A DNA stretch of 64,000 nt from Diplonema japonicum (lineage: Eukaryota > Protista > Euglenozoa: Diplonemea): NCBI GenBank assembly GCA_964019335.1, contig OZ025718.1, forward strand, positions 186,001-250,000, given 5' to 3'. The translations under genes were made by a program, and so were the position numbers. Numbering within the stretch: position 1 is the stretch's first letter; every line of letters starts with the position of its first letter. Below, one piece after another: positions 33,101 to 44,151 of the stretch. Under the pieces are notes generated by a model. It was not told where the DNA came from. It worked only from the letters and a program-made list of their open reading frames with translations, and made no database searches.

Positions 33101-33231
33101 AGGTTCACAACCTGATCCCTTCCGTTGTCCCCCACCAACAGGAAGAACGACCTGTGCTTGCTTTGAACCGCATTCTCAAGAGCAACCTTCACACGGTCAT
33201 CCACACGGCGGGAGGTTTCCGATTTTGACAT
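30188..33231 (-). CDS. NAT10: RNA cytidine acetyltransferase NAT10/Kre33
   Basis: LQDFEALTPNLLARTMETVEGGG, TAGRGRGKS, IVDEAAAIP, GYEGTGRSLSLK, SSHYKNSPND, GDIIPYT. Introns at 32316-32356, 31632-31675 and 31459-31495. Confidence 0.97.
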
Positions 33232-33398
33232 TTTTTTTCTCTCTCTCTCCCCTCCTCCCTTTTTTTTTTTTTTTTTCGGGCGGGGGTGGAACAACGAAAA
33301 TTAGAAGAAAACAAGGGGAGCGGGAAAGACAGGGAAACTAAGGCAGGGGGGGAAAAAAATGGCGACTTTTTTTTTTTTTTTTTTTAAAGAATATTATT

Positions 33399-33995
33399 TC
33401 ACTGAAGCCGTTCTTCATTCTTTTGTGTCAAGATGCTTGCCAGCCAGTCCAGCGCTTCTTCTACGCCGTCTCCCGTCAGCGCTGAGCAAGGCCGCACGGT
33501 CCACACTCTGTCTGTTATGGAGGCTAGATCCCATTTCTCGACGATTTCAGGTACTGTCATGGCGCACTCGAGGTCGCTCTTGTTGGCTAGGACGAGGAGG
33601 GTCGCATTTCTGTTTTTGTTTAAAAAAAAAAAAAAAACACACACATACTTCAGCTCCTCTTCCTCAAGTAGTTGGTATAGCTCGCTGCGACTTAACCCAA
33701 GCCTTTCCTTGTCCACCGCGTCAAGTACCCAAATAATAGCATCGGTGTCGTCGTAAAAGCACCTCCACATAGGCCGCAAGGAAGTTTGCCCGCCCATATC
33801 CCAAATTTGAAAAGTCACGTTTTTGTGCTGTACCGTTTCCAGGTTGAACCCGAGGGTAGGCGCGGACTCCACTACTTTACCGAGCTTCAGCCTGTACACG
33901 AATGTTGTTTTCCCTGCAAAGTCAAGGCCCAGCACCAACACCCTACATTCCCTTCCTTGGTACCACGAGCTCAAACTGCTCCAGACTGTCCCCAT
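33399..33995 (-). CDS. ARL1: ADP-ribosylation factor-like GTPase (ARL1-like)
   Basis: MG myristoylation start, GLDFAGKTT, WDMGGQTSLRPMWRCFY, ANKSD, CSA. In-frame intron 33610-33648. Confidence 0.85.
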   Translation of the reverse strand: MGTVWSSLSSWYQGRECRVLVLGLDFAGKTTFVYRLKLGKVVESAPTLGFNLETVQHKNVTFQIWDMGGQTSLRPMWRCFYDDTDAIIWVLDAVDKERLGLSRSELYQLLEEEELKYVCVFFFFLNKNRNATLLVLANKSDLECAMTVPEIVEKWDLASITDRVWTVRPCSALTGDGVEEALDWLASILTQKNEERLQ

Positions 33996-34400
33996 TTTTG
34001 GGACCCTGCCACCGCCCACCACCAGCACCCTCTCACACCTTGGGGATGGAAGTGAGGTAATGGGTGCCAGAAAAAAAGAAGAAGAAAAAAAAAAGTCAAA
34101 AGGGGAAAAACAATGGGGGAAGGAAGGAGGTTTTTTTTTTATGATGGGGAAAAAAAATAAAATAAAGGGAGGGGGGAGAAATTAAGAAAAAGAAGAAGGA
34201 GGGAGGAGAAAAAAAAACCTTTTTTTTTTTGCATCGAAACGAAAGCAAAAAGGACAACAAAAACAAAACTAAATATGGGCATTCGAAAAAAAAAAAAAGT
34301 CCTTTCTCCCCCTCTCCCCTTTTTTTTTTCTCAACGTACACTTTTTTTTTCTCCTTCAATTAAAAAAAAAAAAAACACTCTACTTTTTTTTTTTCTTTTT

Positions 34401-34540
34401 TTTGTTACAAATATTTATCTTTCAAAAAATGATTTTATAACTACATGCAACTTGTGCCGAGCAAAAAAACTTTCGCAGCTTTTTAAAAAACCTTTTTTTT
34501 GCTCGTGCGAACAACAAAGACATATAGTCATAAAGAATTA
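34401..34540 (-). repeat. Repeat family R1, inverted copy
   Basis: Reverse complement of 15888-16050. Confidence 0.8.
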
Positions 34541-34609
34541 TTATTATTTTTTTTTTTTTTTTTTTTACTCACACTTTAAAAAAAAAAATCCCCAAGCTGA
34601 AAGAGCTCG

Positions 34610-34640
<31 letters not shown>

Positions 34641-34688
34641 GGGGGGGAGGCCTTCCTCTTCGTTTTTCTCTTTTTTTTTTTTTTTTGT

Positions 34689-35581
34689 CTAATCGTCCCA
34701 TTGTTGTTTTCCATGTTTGTGCTCGAATGCGCCCCTGAGCCTCTCCCTTCGTTCTTCGCTTGTTTCTCTGTCGGGTTTGCTGGGCCTACCCAGCCCGAGG
34801 ACTTCTTCGTTCGAGTCGTGATGGACAGCACGCTTGGCATTGGGTGAGTCGTCCCTCCCGCCTCGCGTGAGGTCCTTCTCTCTTCGTCGCTTCTCTCGCC
34901 TGCGCTCTTTGTACAATTTTTTTTGCTCAGAGAACAAGTCTCTGAGGAGAGACTTGGAGACACCCTTGAGGTGCATGAAGTTACACAAACCACCACGGCC
35001 GCACTCATTCTCCTCATATTGCCTACAGCTGGACTCTCTGAAATCGGTGACGGGGACGAACTCAGGCTTCAAGACTCGCCCTGCGTACAGCCTTCCAACC
35101 AAATTGTTGTGGGCGTGTTCCGCGTCGTCCTCGCTGGTAAATTTAACATAGACATTCCCCAAGAGATGTTCGCACACATTGTCCACTACGTTCAGCTCTT
35201 TGATCTCTCCGTGCTGGAGGGATTTTTTTTTTTTTTTTTTTTCCCCCCCTCGCATACCTTCATCAGCTCCTCAAAGGTGTCCTCATAAAAATCCTCAAAG
35301 TGATCGCGGAGATATTTCTTATCATATTCGACAGGCCTTTAAACAAAAAAATTTAAAAAAAAAAAAAATGTTGCATACTTCCCGTTCTTATCCACCATGG
35401 GGGCGGCAATTGGGTTCAGGTACATGTGCGGGATCATTACTGTTTGGGATATCACTGGCTTGTTGTGCAGTCTCGTGCATTTTTCCGCGTGGCGGCAAGC
35501 GCCCGTTTTGAAGTAGAACGGACAGTTTACCCGATCCTTCTCCGTTCCGTAGAGGTTGGCCAAACCTCCAGCACCCGCCAT
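34689..35581 (-). CDS. U2AF1: U2 snRNP auxiliary factor small subunit U2AF35
   Basis: GTEKDRVNCPFYFKTGACRH, HFEDFYED, HLLGNVYVKF, PVTDFRESSCRQYE..CNFMH. Introns at 35337-35378 and 35214-35257. Confidence 0.97.
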
Positions 35582-35767
35582 TTTTTTTTCTCTCTCTTTT
35601 TTTTTTGTTGTCCCTATTTTTTTTTTTTTTTTTTGGCCACAGGAAAAAAAAAAAAAAAAAAAGGAAAAAAAAAAAAAGGAACAAAATATTCTCATTCGGT
35701 AGAACGAGAAAAGCATATCTTACTTTTTTTTTTTTTTTTTTTTTTTTCTTTTTCCAAACATTAGCCA

Positions 35768-36160
35768 TCACTCCGCTGGCGTCGTACCTTGAGGTATGGG
35801 CTGGCAGAGCAGTCCGAGCATTCCTTTCAAGTGTGCTTCTGCCTCTTCTACTGTTCGTCCGCTATCTATGATATCGCGTTTCAGGATGTTCAGCGACTCC
35901 TCTTGCAACGTTCGCAGCTGTTTTCTGGCATCCGTGTCTAGCACCAGTTTTTTCGTCTCCAAGTCAGGTTCTGTGTCGTGCAAGAGCTCTTTCCTTCTGA
36001 GCTCTTCCTCCAGAAGTTTTTCTATTTGGTCCCCGTAATCGTTGTAAAGCCTCTTTTTAATCCTTGCTTTTTCCTCCATTAACTGTTCTCCGGTGTACTC
36101 GGGTAGAGAGCCTAAATCTTGCATGATGTGTGAAGATGCGGTTGTAAGGTCATGCGACAT
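35768..36160 (-). CDS. Hypothetical protein
   Basis: 130-aa ORF of normal composition, ATG preceded by an A run like neighbouring genes. Confidence 0.65.
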   Translation of the reverse strand: MSHDLTTASSHIMQDLGSLPEYTGEQLMEEKARIKKRLYNDYGDQIEKLLEEELRRKELLHDTEPDLETKKLVLDTDARKQLRTLQEESLNILKRDIIDSGRTVEEAEAHLKGMLGLLCQPIPQGTTPAE

Positions 36161-36541
36161 TTTTTTTTTTTTTATAAAATTTTTATTTCCCCCCCCTTTT
36201 CTTCATTTTTTTTATTCACAACCCAGCCGACTGAGGGGGGAACAAAAAAAAAAAAGGGAGGAATAACTTTTTTTTCCCCCCCCCAAACATGCTCCACACC
36301 ATCTGGCCACAATGACCAGTTAACCTCAGGGGCAGTCCTCCTGGTAAACCAGGTCGGTTATCGTGCTGATCCCTTGGCTCTGGTGGGTGGAAACCACATT
36401 TGGCCTCAAAAAAAAAAAAAAAAAACGACGAACTTTTTTTTGTTGGTGTGAAACCATATAAAAAAAAAAAAGAGTGGAGGATAAGGGGCCAGTGTTAATG
36501 GCGCCCTGCACAAGCGCTGTCTACTTGATTACAGGAATTGG

Positions 36542-36574
<33 letters not shown>

Positions 36575-36674
36575 GAAGGATGGTGGCGTTTGCCGACGCT
36601 CATCATTTTTTTTTTCTTCATCTTTTTTTTTTTCTTCATCTTTTTTTTTTTTTTTTTTTTTTTTTTTGTTTCCC

Positions 36675-36935
36675 CTATGCGAGAATGCCTTCCTTCACAA
36701 TGAGATCAATGTAGACAAGATAGCCAGTGCTCGCCAAAAAACACGCGAAGAAGGCCATCATAAAAACACCTGCGATTTGATCCAAGTGTTTTGTTGTGCT
36801 CTTGCCAAACACCCTGCTGTCATCAAGCCCCCATCCGTACGACGTCTTCTTACCCGAAAAGTACACAGCCTCCCTCTCCCCCTCCTCGTTCGCACGCCCA
36901 GTAGGGTTAACTTTCGTCCCTTCTGTTCTAAACAT
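36675..36935 (-). CDS. Small single-pass membrane protein
   Basis: MFRTEG... with C-terminal hydrophobic helix IAGVFMMAFFACFLASTGYLVYI; ATG follows an A run. Confidence 0.6.
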   Translation of the reverse strand: MFRTEGTKVNPTGRANEEGEREAVYFSGKKTSYGWGLDDSRVFGKSTTKHLDQIAGVFMMAFFACFLASTGYLVYIDLIVKEGILA

Positions 36936-37069
36936 TTTTTTTTCTTTTTTTTTTTTAAATTCCCTCCCTCTGTTTAAAAATTCTTCTTGTAAAGAAAAAA
37001 ATTTACAAAAAAAAAAGGGGAGGGGTGAAAATCCTCTCTTTTTTTTTTTTTTTTTATTTCTCCCTCCTT

Positions 37070-37157
37070 TCACTTCATCTTGTACACTTCCAGTGTTTTC
37101 CGGTATACGGAGATGTGAGATGTCAGCAAATTCAACTTTTTTTTTTTTTTTTTTTCC

Positions 37158-37190
<33 letters not shown>

Positions 37191-38408
37191 CAATTCAGGC
37201 CCGCTTGGCATGTTAGCAAGGTTGGCTGCACGGCAAGCACCGGTCTCGGGGACCGTCCACTCACGTAACATGTGAGTTGCATGGAATGTTAAAAATTTCG
37301 AGAGTGTTTTTTTCTTAAGCTCAGACGGCGCATCTGACGGGACCTTCCTGTAAAGCAAGAGGCAGACCTCCGTGTGGTTGGTGGCAGAACCGTCAGCATT
37401 GAGCAGCAGTGTCTCCTGTGAACATTGAGGTGACGCCTCTGAAAGATCCAAGTGAGACAAAACATGGGTAAAATCCGGATCCAGCACACCATAAAGCGTT
37501 ACAGCATCTGACGGCAGAAGAACAGGCAACGGCGACACAGAAAAATAATCACCTTTTTTAATCTCCTTTGAAGAGATCAACCGGACTCCACCGTTTGATC
37601 GAAGTTCAAGACGGGCGTTTACGGGAAGGGGTCTCCACACCCCTTTTCCGTAGTGTCGTGCCCGTTGGTCGGCAATGTCGAAAATCGGGTAAATAACTAG
37701 TTTGTCGTCGCGTCTCCACGACCTGGCTAGGACAGTGCTGAAGCCCCACACCACGTCTTGTACTGTTAGCTTCATGAAACCGAAAAATCTTGTCGCGAAT
37801 TTGTGTATTCTGTTGACCGAGACCCTTCGCTTCGTCCTGGCGCGTTTGATCGACTGTGGGACGCACGACACCTCATCTGTGCCCCAGTACAAATCGTTTT
37901 TGTACTTTTCGGGCAACGTTGCTATCCATTCCCGGAAAACGCTGGCCTTCCCGAGATACCTTTCGTGCAGAAGAGCGATTGTCAGCTCGGCCTGTCTTAT
38001 GAGGTATTGGTCATCGTTGAAGATTTCCTCTACCTCGTCGGTGTGTTTTGATATAGTTGCGGAGGAGGGCATGTCGGACAGGACCGCTTCTTTGGGAACG
38101 ATTAGAATTGTTTTGTTTGAATTGATGTTTTCCTGTGCTTGGATGGCCCAGCCCCAGGCTTCTCTGTGGACGAGGCCTGCGTTGCTGGGGGCTTCTACTT
38201 TCATCCGTGCCGCCCAGCCTTTGAACCTTTCGTCGTCGTTTTTCATCTCCCTCTCCCAACCCCGCACCCATTCCGGAACGATCCCACTTCCCGCCCACGC
38301 CACAAACACTGCCGCTGCTACACCCACGATGAACACCACCAAGAAGAACAACGGGGTTGTTCCCACTGGGTTTTCTTTTTTCTTTTCTTTTTTGTCTTTT
38401 TTCGCCAT
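37070..38408 (-). CDS. SET-domain (Rubisco LSMT-like) protein with N-terminal membrane anchor
   Basis: LLHERYLGKASVFREWIATLP, WGFSTVLARSW, IYPIFDIAD. Intron 37136-37190. The usual NH motif appears as DQ. Confidence 0.75.
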
Positions 38409-38506
38409 TTTTTTTTTTTTGCCCCGTTCCCCGCTCCCTTTTTTTTGTACCAGGGGGGGGGGGGGGGGGGGGGGAACAACAACAACAAAAAAAAGTGGGG
38501 GTATTA

Positions 38507-39346
38507 TCAGTCAAAAAGCGTAAGCTCAGTTTCCGGTTCCTCATCCCCCTCATCTGCCTCTGCATCCTCACAGATGGTGTCGATGTCAAGCGGGGGGGGC
38601 ACTTCGGGGGAAAGGAACACAACGTCCGCAACCGTCCTACCTGCTTCAAGTCCTTTTGCCTCGTACTGTGTTAAGGGACGCCAGGAGGGACGGGGTATAA
38701 CACCGTTATTGGACGAAGAAGAAGGTGTCCAACCGGTGGAAGTGAGGTAAGATATAGATGGGCAGACGTAGTCGGCAATGTCGGTCGCAAGGTGAAGAGG
38801 GGATCCTGGCAGGGTGCAGTGAGCAAGGAGCTGGGTGACCTCAGGGCGAACAAGTCGAAGATGCGCCTTTTGGGACTCAGTTTGGTGGTCCCACGGATCT
38901 GGAAAAAAAATGTTCACTCCCGAAAATACCCTGTTTTCGCAAATATTTTGCTTGAGAAATTCTACAGCGTCTTTGGACATTACCCGGATGTTGGTTAGCC
39001 CGCTGCTTTCTATTGCGATAAGGCATTTCCCCACCCCAGGTGTGTGCCAATCTACGCCTAGGAAGTCTTTGTTTCTTTCGTTCCCCGCCATTTCTATTAG
39101 AGCGTCTCCTGTTCCAAAGCCGATGTCCAGGATTACGTCGGCTTCCCGCTGAAATGTTCTGTTCAAGAAGTCCCTGTCGCATTTTTCTTTATAACCTAAC
39201 ACAACGCCCCACCTCGGATACAAGTCTCGTAATGCTTTTTTCTGGCTTTTGGTTGCGTTCTTTCTGCTTATTTTTCTGCGGTACCATCCAGGCCTTTTTC
39301 CCTTTGCATCGCCGTATTGCTTTCTTGCTTCCTCTGCTTCGGCCAT
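38507..39346 (-). CDS. trmB: tRNA (guanine-N7)-methyltransferase, bacterial TrmB-like
   Basis: LDIGFGTG, FLGVDWH.PGV, IFFPDPW, RLV, LHLATD, RPLTQYE.KG. Confidence 0.9.
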   Translation of the reverse strand: MAEAEEARKQYGDAKGKRPGWYRRKISRKNATKSQKKALRDLYPRWGVVLGYKEKCDRDFLNRTFQREADVILDIGFGTGDALIEMAGNERNKDFLGVDWHTPGVGKCLIAIESSGLTNIRVMSKDAVEFLKQNICENRVFSGVNIFFPDPWDHQTESQKAHLRLVRPEVTQLLAHCTLPGSPLHLATDIADYVCPSISYLTSTGWTPSSSSNNGVIPRPSWRPLTQYEAKGLEAGRTVADVVFLSPEVPPPLDIDTICEDAEADEGDEEPETELTLFD

Positions 39347-39569
39347 TTCTTTTTTTTTTTGATCCTTTCTTTTCTTGTGGAATGGGTTTTTTTTTTTTTT
39401 TTCAAATTTGGTTTTTTTTTTTTTTTTTTGTCTTGTTCAATAATAAAAAATAAAAAAATAGGGAGGAAAAAGAAAAAGTGGGGGGGGGGGAGAAATGGGG
39501 GGGGGGAATATTTTTAAAAAAAATATGAGCCATTAATAACCAGCAACAACAGCAAAAAAAAAAAAGAAG

Positions 39570-39617
39570 AAAAAAACTAATTCTTTTAAGGTATGCGCTT
39601 TTGCGCTCACCGACCGA
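39570..39617 (-). mobile_element. 3' end of poly(T)-tailed retroposon, subfamily B
   Basis: Copy of 8125-8171 with a compensatory stem change (GCGC-AAAA-GCGC). Confidence 0.55.
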
Positions 39618-40149
39618 ATCAGATTTTCTTTTTTTTTTTCTCTTCTGTTTCCGCGATGTACCTTGTTCATGTATGGCTCGCATTTTTTTCTCTCTCTTTT
39701 TCTTTTTTTGGCTAGTAAGTTTGTTCCCCCTCCCCTCCTTTTTTTTTTAAAAAAACCTTTTTATCATTTGAGTCACTCGCACGCACTGCTGCTCGTGTAG
39801 TTCGTACCATTTATGGTATTATCTTGGAAATCAAAAGGTGAGTGAAGAAAAAAAATGACGAAAACGGTAAAACAAAAAGGTAAGAAAAAGCTCAAAAAAA
39901 GAAATATGGCCAGCCTTCTAAATTCTCGGGAAAATAATAAAAAAAAAACAAAAATAAAAATGGGGCTTTGGTTGCAAAGCTGTGTTAAGTGTGCAAGCGT
40001 AAAGGAGGAACTGGTCGTTGTACGTGCCGGGTAAAACCTGGAGAAGTTTGTCAACCCGAAACACGTTGCCAACGTTCCCCTTTTGTTTAGACAAGTCAAA
40101 AGACTCGTTCCTGCAAAAAAGAAAAAAAAATGTGTTCATGAACCAGACA

Positions 40150-40960
40150 ATCTGATTTTCATTCAATAAAAAAAAAAAAATACTAGAAAAAAAAACCCAG
40201 AAACGACGATTTATGAAAAATAAAGTGGACTTTATTTCCCGCGGCTGATAATCTGTCCCGAGGGGGTGATTTTCCCTCGCTTCGCTCGTGAAAATCAGAT
40301 TCCGAGGAACAGAGTATCAGCCAAGGGAAAGAGTAAAGTCCACTTTAATTCATGAATACGTAATTTTATTTATTTTCCGGTTCCTGATGGCACTCCCAAA
40401 AAAAAAACCCCCCCCCAAAGCCAGGAAGTCCAAGATTTGACATAACATTAAGACAGGGGGGTCAACCTGGGCCAGTCTTGCAGTTTTGTGCTTATCCCTC
40501 CTTTGTACAGGGCAACAAACTACGTTATCATGTCAGCCTCCCTGGGCTGAACTCGATGAACTCCCTGAGGAACCTGGGTGCACCAGCGACGCATGGCCCC
40601 TGTTCTCGTCCACCCAAACAGCTCCTACTTAGAGGGGCTGCGAGCGATGTTCTTACTGCAGATGCCATCCATGACTTCATTAACATAAACTTGACGACTG
40701 AAAAGCAAGCCCCAACAGCCAACACCAGGATGCAACAGTAGAATGGTGGCAGGCACGTGTAGGATCTCTGTCCACGGTGGGCACCAACCATGGCACAAAT
40801 ACCGCAAAATTTTGTTGACTTTCCGGCCTCTTTTCTCTGAAGCCCCATTTTCACAAATCTGCTTAAAACATGAGGAAAAAAATAAAGTACTTTATTTTCC
40901 CTAGGGAAATAATGAAAACTTTATTTTCCCGGCTCTAGCCAAAATTCCTTTAGAGGGAAT
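40150..40960 (-). mobile_element. Crypton-like non-autonomous element with a long terminal palindrome
   Basis: Imperfect inverted repeat 40210-40356 around cctcgcttcgctcg. Segment 40861-40890 is the reverse complement of 46405-46435. Confidence 0.55.
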
Positions 40961-41083
40961 CCAGAAAATAAATAAAAAAAGGAAAAAAAAAAAATAAAAA
41001 AAAATACCCCTCCTTCTATAGAAAGGAAAAATCATCGACAGGAGAGCTTTCACCTCCTTTCCGAATAATTATTGCTTCTTATG

Positions 41084-41114
<31 letters not shown>

Positions 41115-41176
41115 GGAAGGCGAATAAAAAAAAAAAAAATCTTGTGCGTGTGGTGTATATGTGTGAAAACCTTGGA

Positions 41177-41217
<41 letters not shown>

Positions 41218-41233
41218 CACTGAGATATCCTTT

Positions 41234-42458
41234 TCAACCTACAAAGTCACTATCGTCATAGACTGCAAACGAAACCCTCGAGCTACCCCTTCGGTTCACG
41301 TTCATCATCGGAAGCGACACAAAAGGGATTTCCACCACAATGCAATCATTCGAGCTCTCAGAGTGAGTTAGATTGTCGGCGGGGAACTGGGAGCTCTTTG
41401 ACAAACTATTCGAACCTCTGTGCCTATGCTGCGAGCCCAGTGTCGTTCCAGTCGCGTATGAATATGAAATTGTAAGGTCGTAATCGGCTAGCCTGTTCAT
41501 AAACAGCTTGAGCAAGTGGGTTTTTTTGGTTTGCAAGATGAAATCAACTGTTTCTCCGGGGAAGCACCAAGTGTTGAAGGGTATTTCGATTTCTTCCGGC
41601 AAGTTTGCGATCTCAATTGTCATCCTTTCAATCGGCTTGCAGTGGAAAAAGGATCGCGGCATTCTAGCCTTATCAAACGACGGCATGCCGGCAATGAGCT
41701 TTTCACCATGCACTGCAACCTTCCCACCATCTAAACGAACTTGAAAAACAACACATGTGTCACTTCTAATCGATTCATGAAGGTGAAAAACCGGATCGTG
41801 TGTGAAGGCTACGGAGTCTCCGTAACTTCCGTTGAAATAAATGGAGATTGGTCGGGATTTTTCGGACCATGTGGCGACCAAAGCGTTAACCTCGGGGTAA
41901 GCGTTTCGCCGCTTGCTGAACTCTCCCCGTCGACTGAGAAAATGCCGCGAGGTGTCCCTGATCAAAAGCGACTCAACTTTGAATAAATTCAAAGATTCGA
42001 TCGCACCATCCATCCCATCGTCGCATTCTGTTTGCGTGTCGTCATATACCTCCATGTTGACCATTTCACTATAGTTATAACTAATTAGAATGACAGGGAA
42101 GGCCATTACGAAGACGCCGACGATGATGCAGACAGCGGCAACAAGTTTGCCCCAGCTGGATGTGGGGACGTCGTCGCCGTATCCCACCGTTGTCAGAGTG
42201 CACATGCACCACCAGAACGAATGCGGGATGGATTGAAACCTGGAGTCTACACCGTCCGCGCGTACCCACAGCCGTCGGGTTTCGTCGAAGTGTGAGTCGC
42301 TTTGTTCTGCAATCCACCTTTTTTTTTTTTTTTTTAAAAAAAGTTTTTTTTTTCCCTCCACCCTACACACATCAAACTGGAGAACAAAACAACGCTGATG
42401 AACAGCAGGAACAACAACAAGAAGAACGCGTCGACGCTTTGAACCAGCACGCTGATCA

Positions 42459-42495
<37 letters not shown>

Positions 42496-43339
42496 CATGC
42501 AACTTGTGCCGAGCAAAGACAAAAAAAAAAAAAAAAAAGAACTTTCGCAGCTTTTTTAAAAAAAACTTTTTTTGGTGGAGAGGGGGTGAATCCTAAACCT
42601 ACCTCCCCGCCTCCGCGTCAGGCCGGAGTGAGGCAACCCCAAAGAGATCCAGGGTCGACCGACTCGTCGAGCAGGCCGTTCAGAAGGCTATCTCCGAGTT
42701 GCTCCCCTCGATACAAAAACATATAGAAAAGTCATAAATAATTTCTTTTTTTTTTTTTTTTTTTTTCATGCACACCATATGTAACGATTTGCTGTACTGC
42801 CCCAGCTTCAGCACCCTGCATATCCTGGCGAGCCTGATCACCCGTAAAAAAAGCAGGTTTACATATCCACGATTACTCCCAGAAAGCGACACAATAATGT
42901 CGACGTAAAAAGGAGCCACGGACGCGATATCGACGAGGTTGTAAGGATTTCGGATGAAGCCGGCTTTCAAGGGCGACGTGATAAATTTTGCAGCGAGCTC
43001 AATCGTGAAAATCGCGACGCAGCCGCTTTCGATGATGAAGAAAGCGTTGCTACCAACGGGGTTGGGAGTGTAGAACTGGGGCAGGCTTTGAATGGTGTAA
43101 ACAATCACGCTGACGATGATCATGAAGAACATAAACAAGGTAAATAAAAACGAACGCGGCACATCCTTATCCCCCTCCAAGAAAAGCCAGATCTTCTCCT
43201 TAGTCGACGGTGCCTTCCCTGCTCCCAGCGGCCCAAACTCTGTTAAGTCGATGGCAATGCTGGCAACTTGCTCAAGCTGCCGATGGATTGGGTCCCTTGA
43301 CAGGGACCCGAGATCTCTGTTGATTACGCCGGGCTGCAT
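41234..43339 (-). CDS. Voltage-gated potassium channel (Kv-like, 6TM, no T1 domain)
   Basis: S4 LRVIRLARICRVLKL, pore FQSIPHSFWWCMCTLTTVGYGD, MAFPV. Introns at 42460-42775 and 42318-42370. Confidence 0.93.
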
Positions 43340-43475
43340 AGCTGAACACCTCCATTAATGATAGAAAAAAATACAAAAAAAAAAAAAAAAAAAAAAAAAG
43401 GTACAACCAAGGTTCCGAGCCCTGTTTGAAAAGGCGTTAGTGCATTTGAGGTTTTATTGTTTTGTTTTGTTTTGT

Positions 43476-43506
<31 letters not shown>

Positions 43507-43678
43507 CTTTTTTTTCCCCCCCCGTCCTGTGATGAACTTTCCTTTTTTTTTTTTTTTTTTAAATTCGCGGCAAACAATGTATGGGAGGTAAAGACAGCAT
43601 ACTAACGGGGGGGGGAACCCATCCCACATATTCTATTCTAATTCCGAGGGGTGGGGGGGGGAAATAAAAAAAAAGGTT

Positions 43679-44007
43679 TCATTTCTGTGGTGCGAAACTC
43701 AAGCCTGGCTGTGCCGCTGGAGCAGGTGTGTGGTAAGGCGCTTTTGCCAACAGGTATCTGCCAAGGAAATCTATGGGGTCGTCAGGCCTGTAAACAGTAT
43801 TTGCTTTTTTTTTCTTTTTTCTTTTTTCTTTGTTGTCACAAACCTCTCTCTTGCGAGTATTGCTAAACCCTCTAAAAGAACTGGTGCAATGTTGTGATCA
43901 AGGAATGCTCTCACAGGGAGCGCATGAACGTTAATCTTCGACTGCACTGCCATGGCTGCTCGTTCCGCGGCCTTGGCCTCACTTAGACTTTCGATCTTAT
44001 CACTCAT
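43679..44007 (-). CDS. DPY30: Dpy-30 domain protein
   Basis: [39 protein letters not shown] after removing intron 43788-43843. Confidence 0.9.
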
Positions 44008-44151
44008 TTTCTTTTTTTTTTTTTGCCCTCTTTTGAAATTTGCTTTTATAAGAAATATAAAAAAGGGGGGGGGGACAATTCTTTATGACTATATGTCCTT
44101 GTTGTTCGCACGAGCAAAAAAGGTTTTTTGCTCGGCAGCAAGTTGCATATA

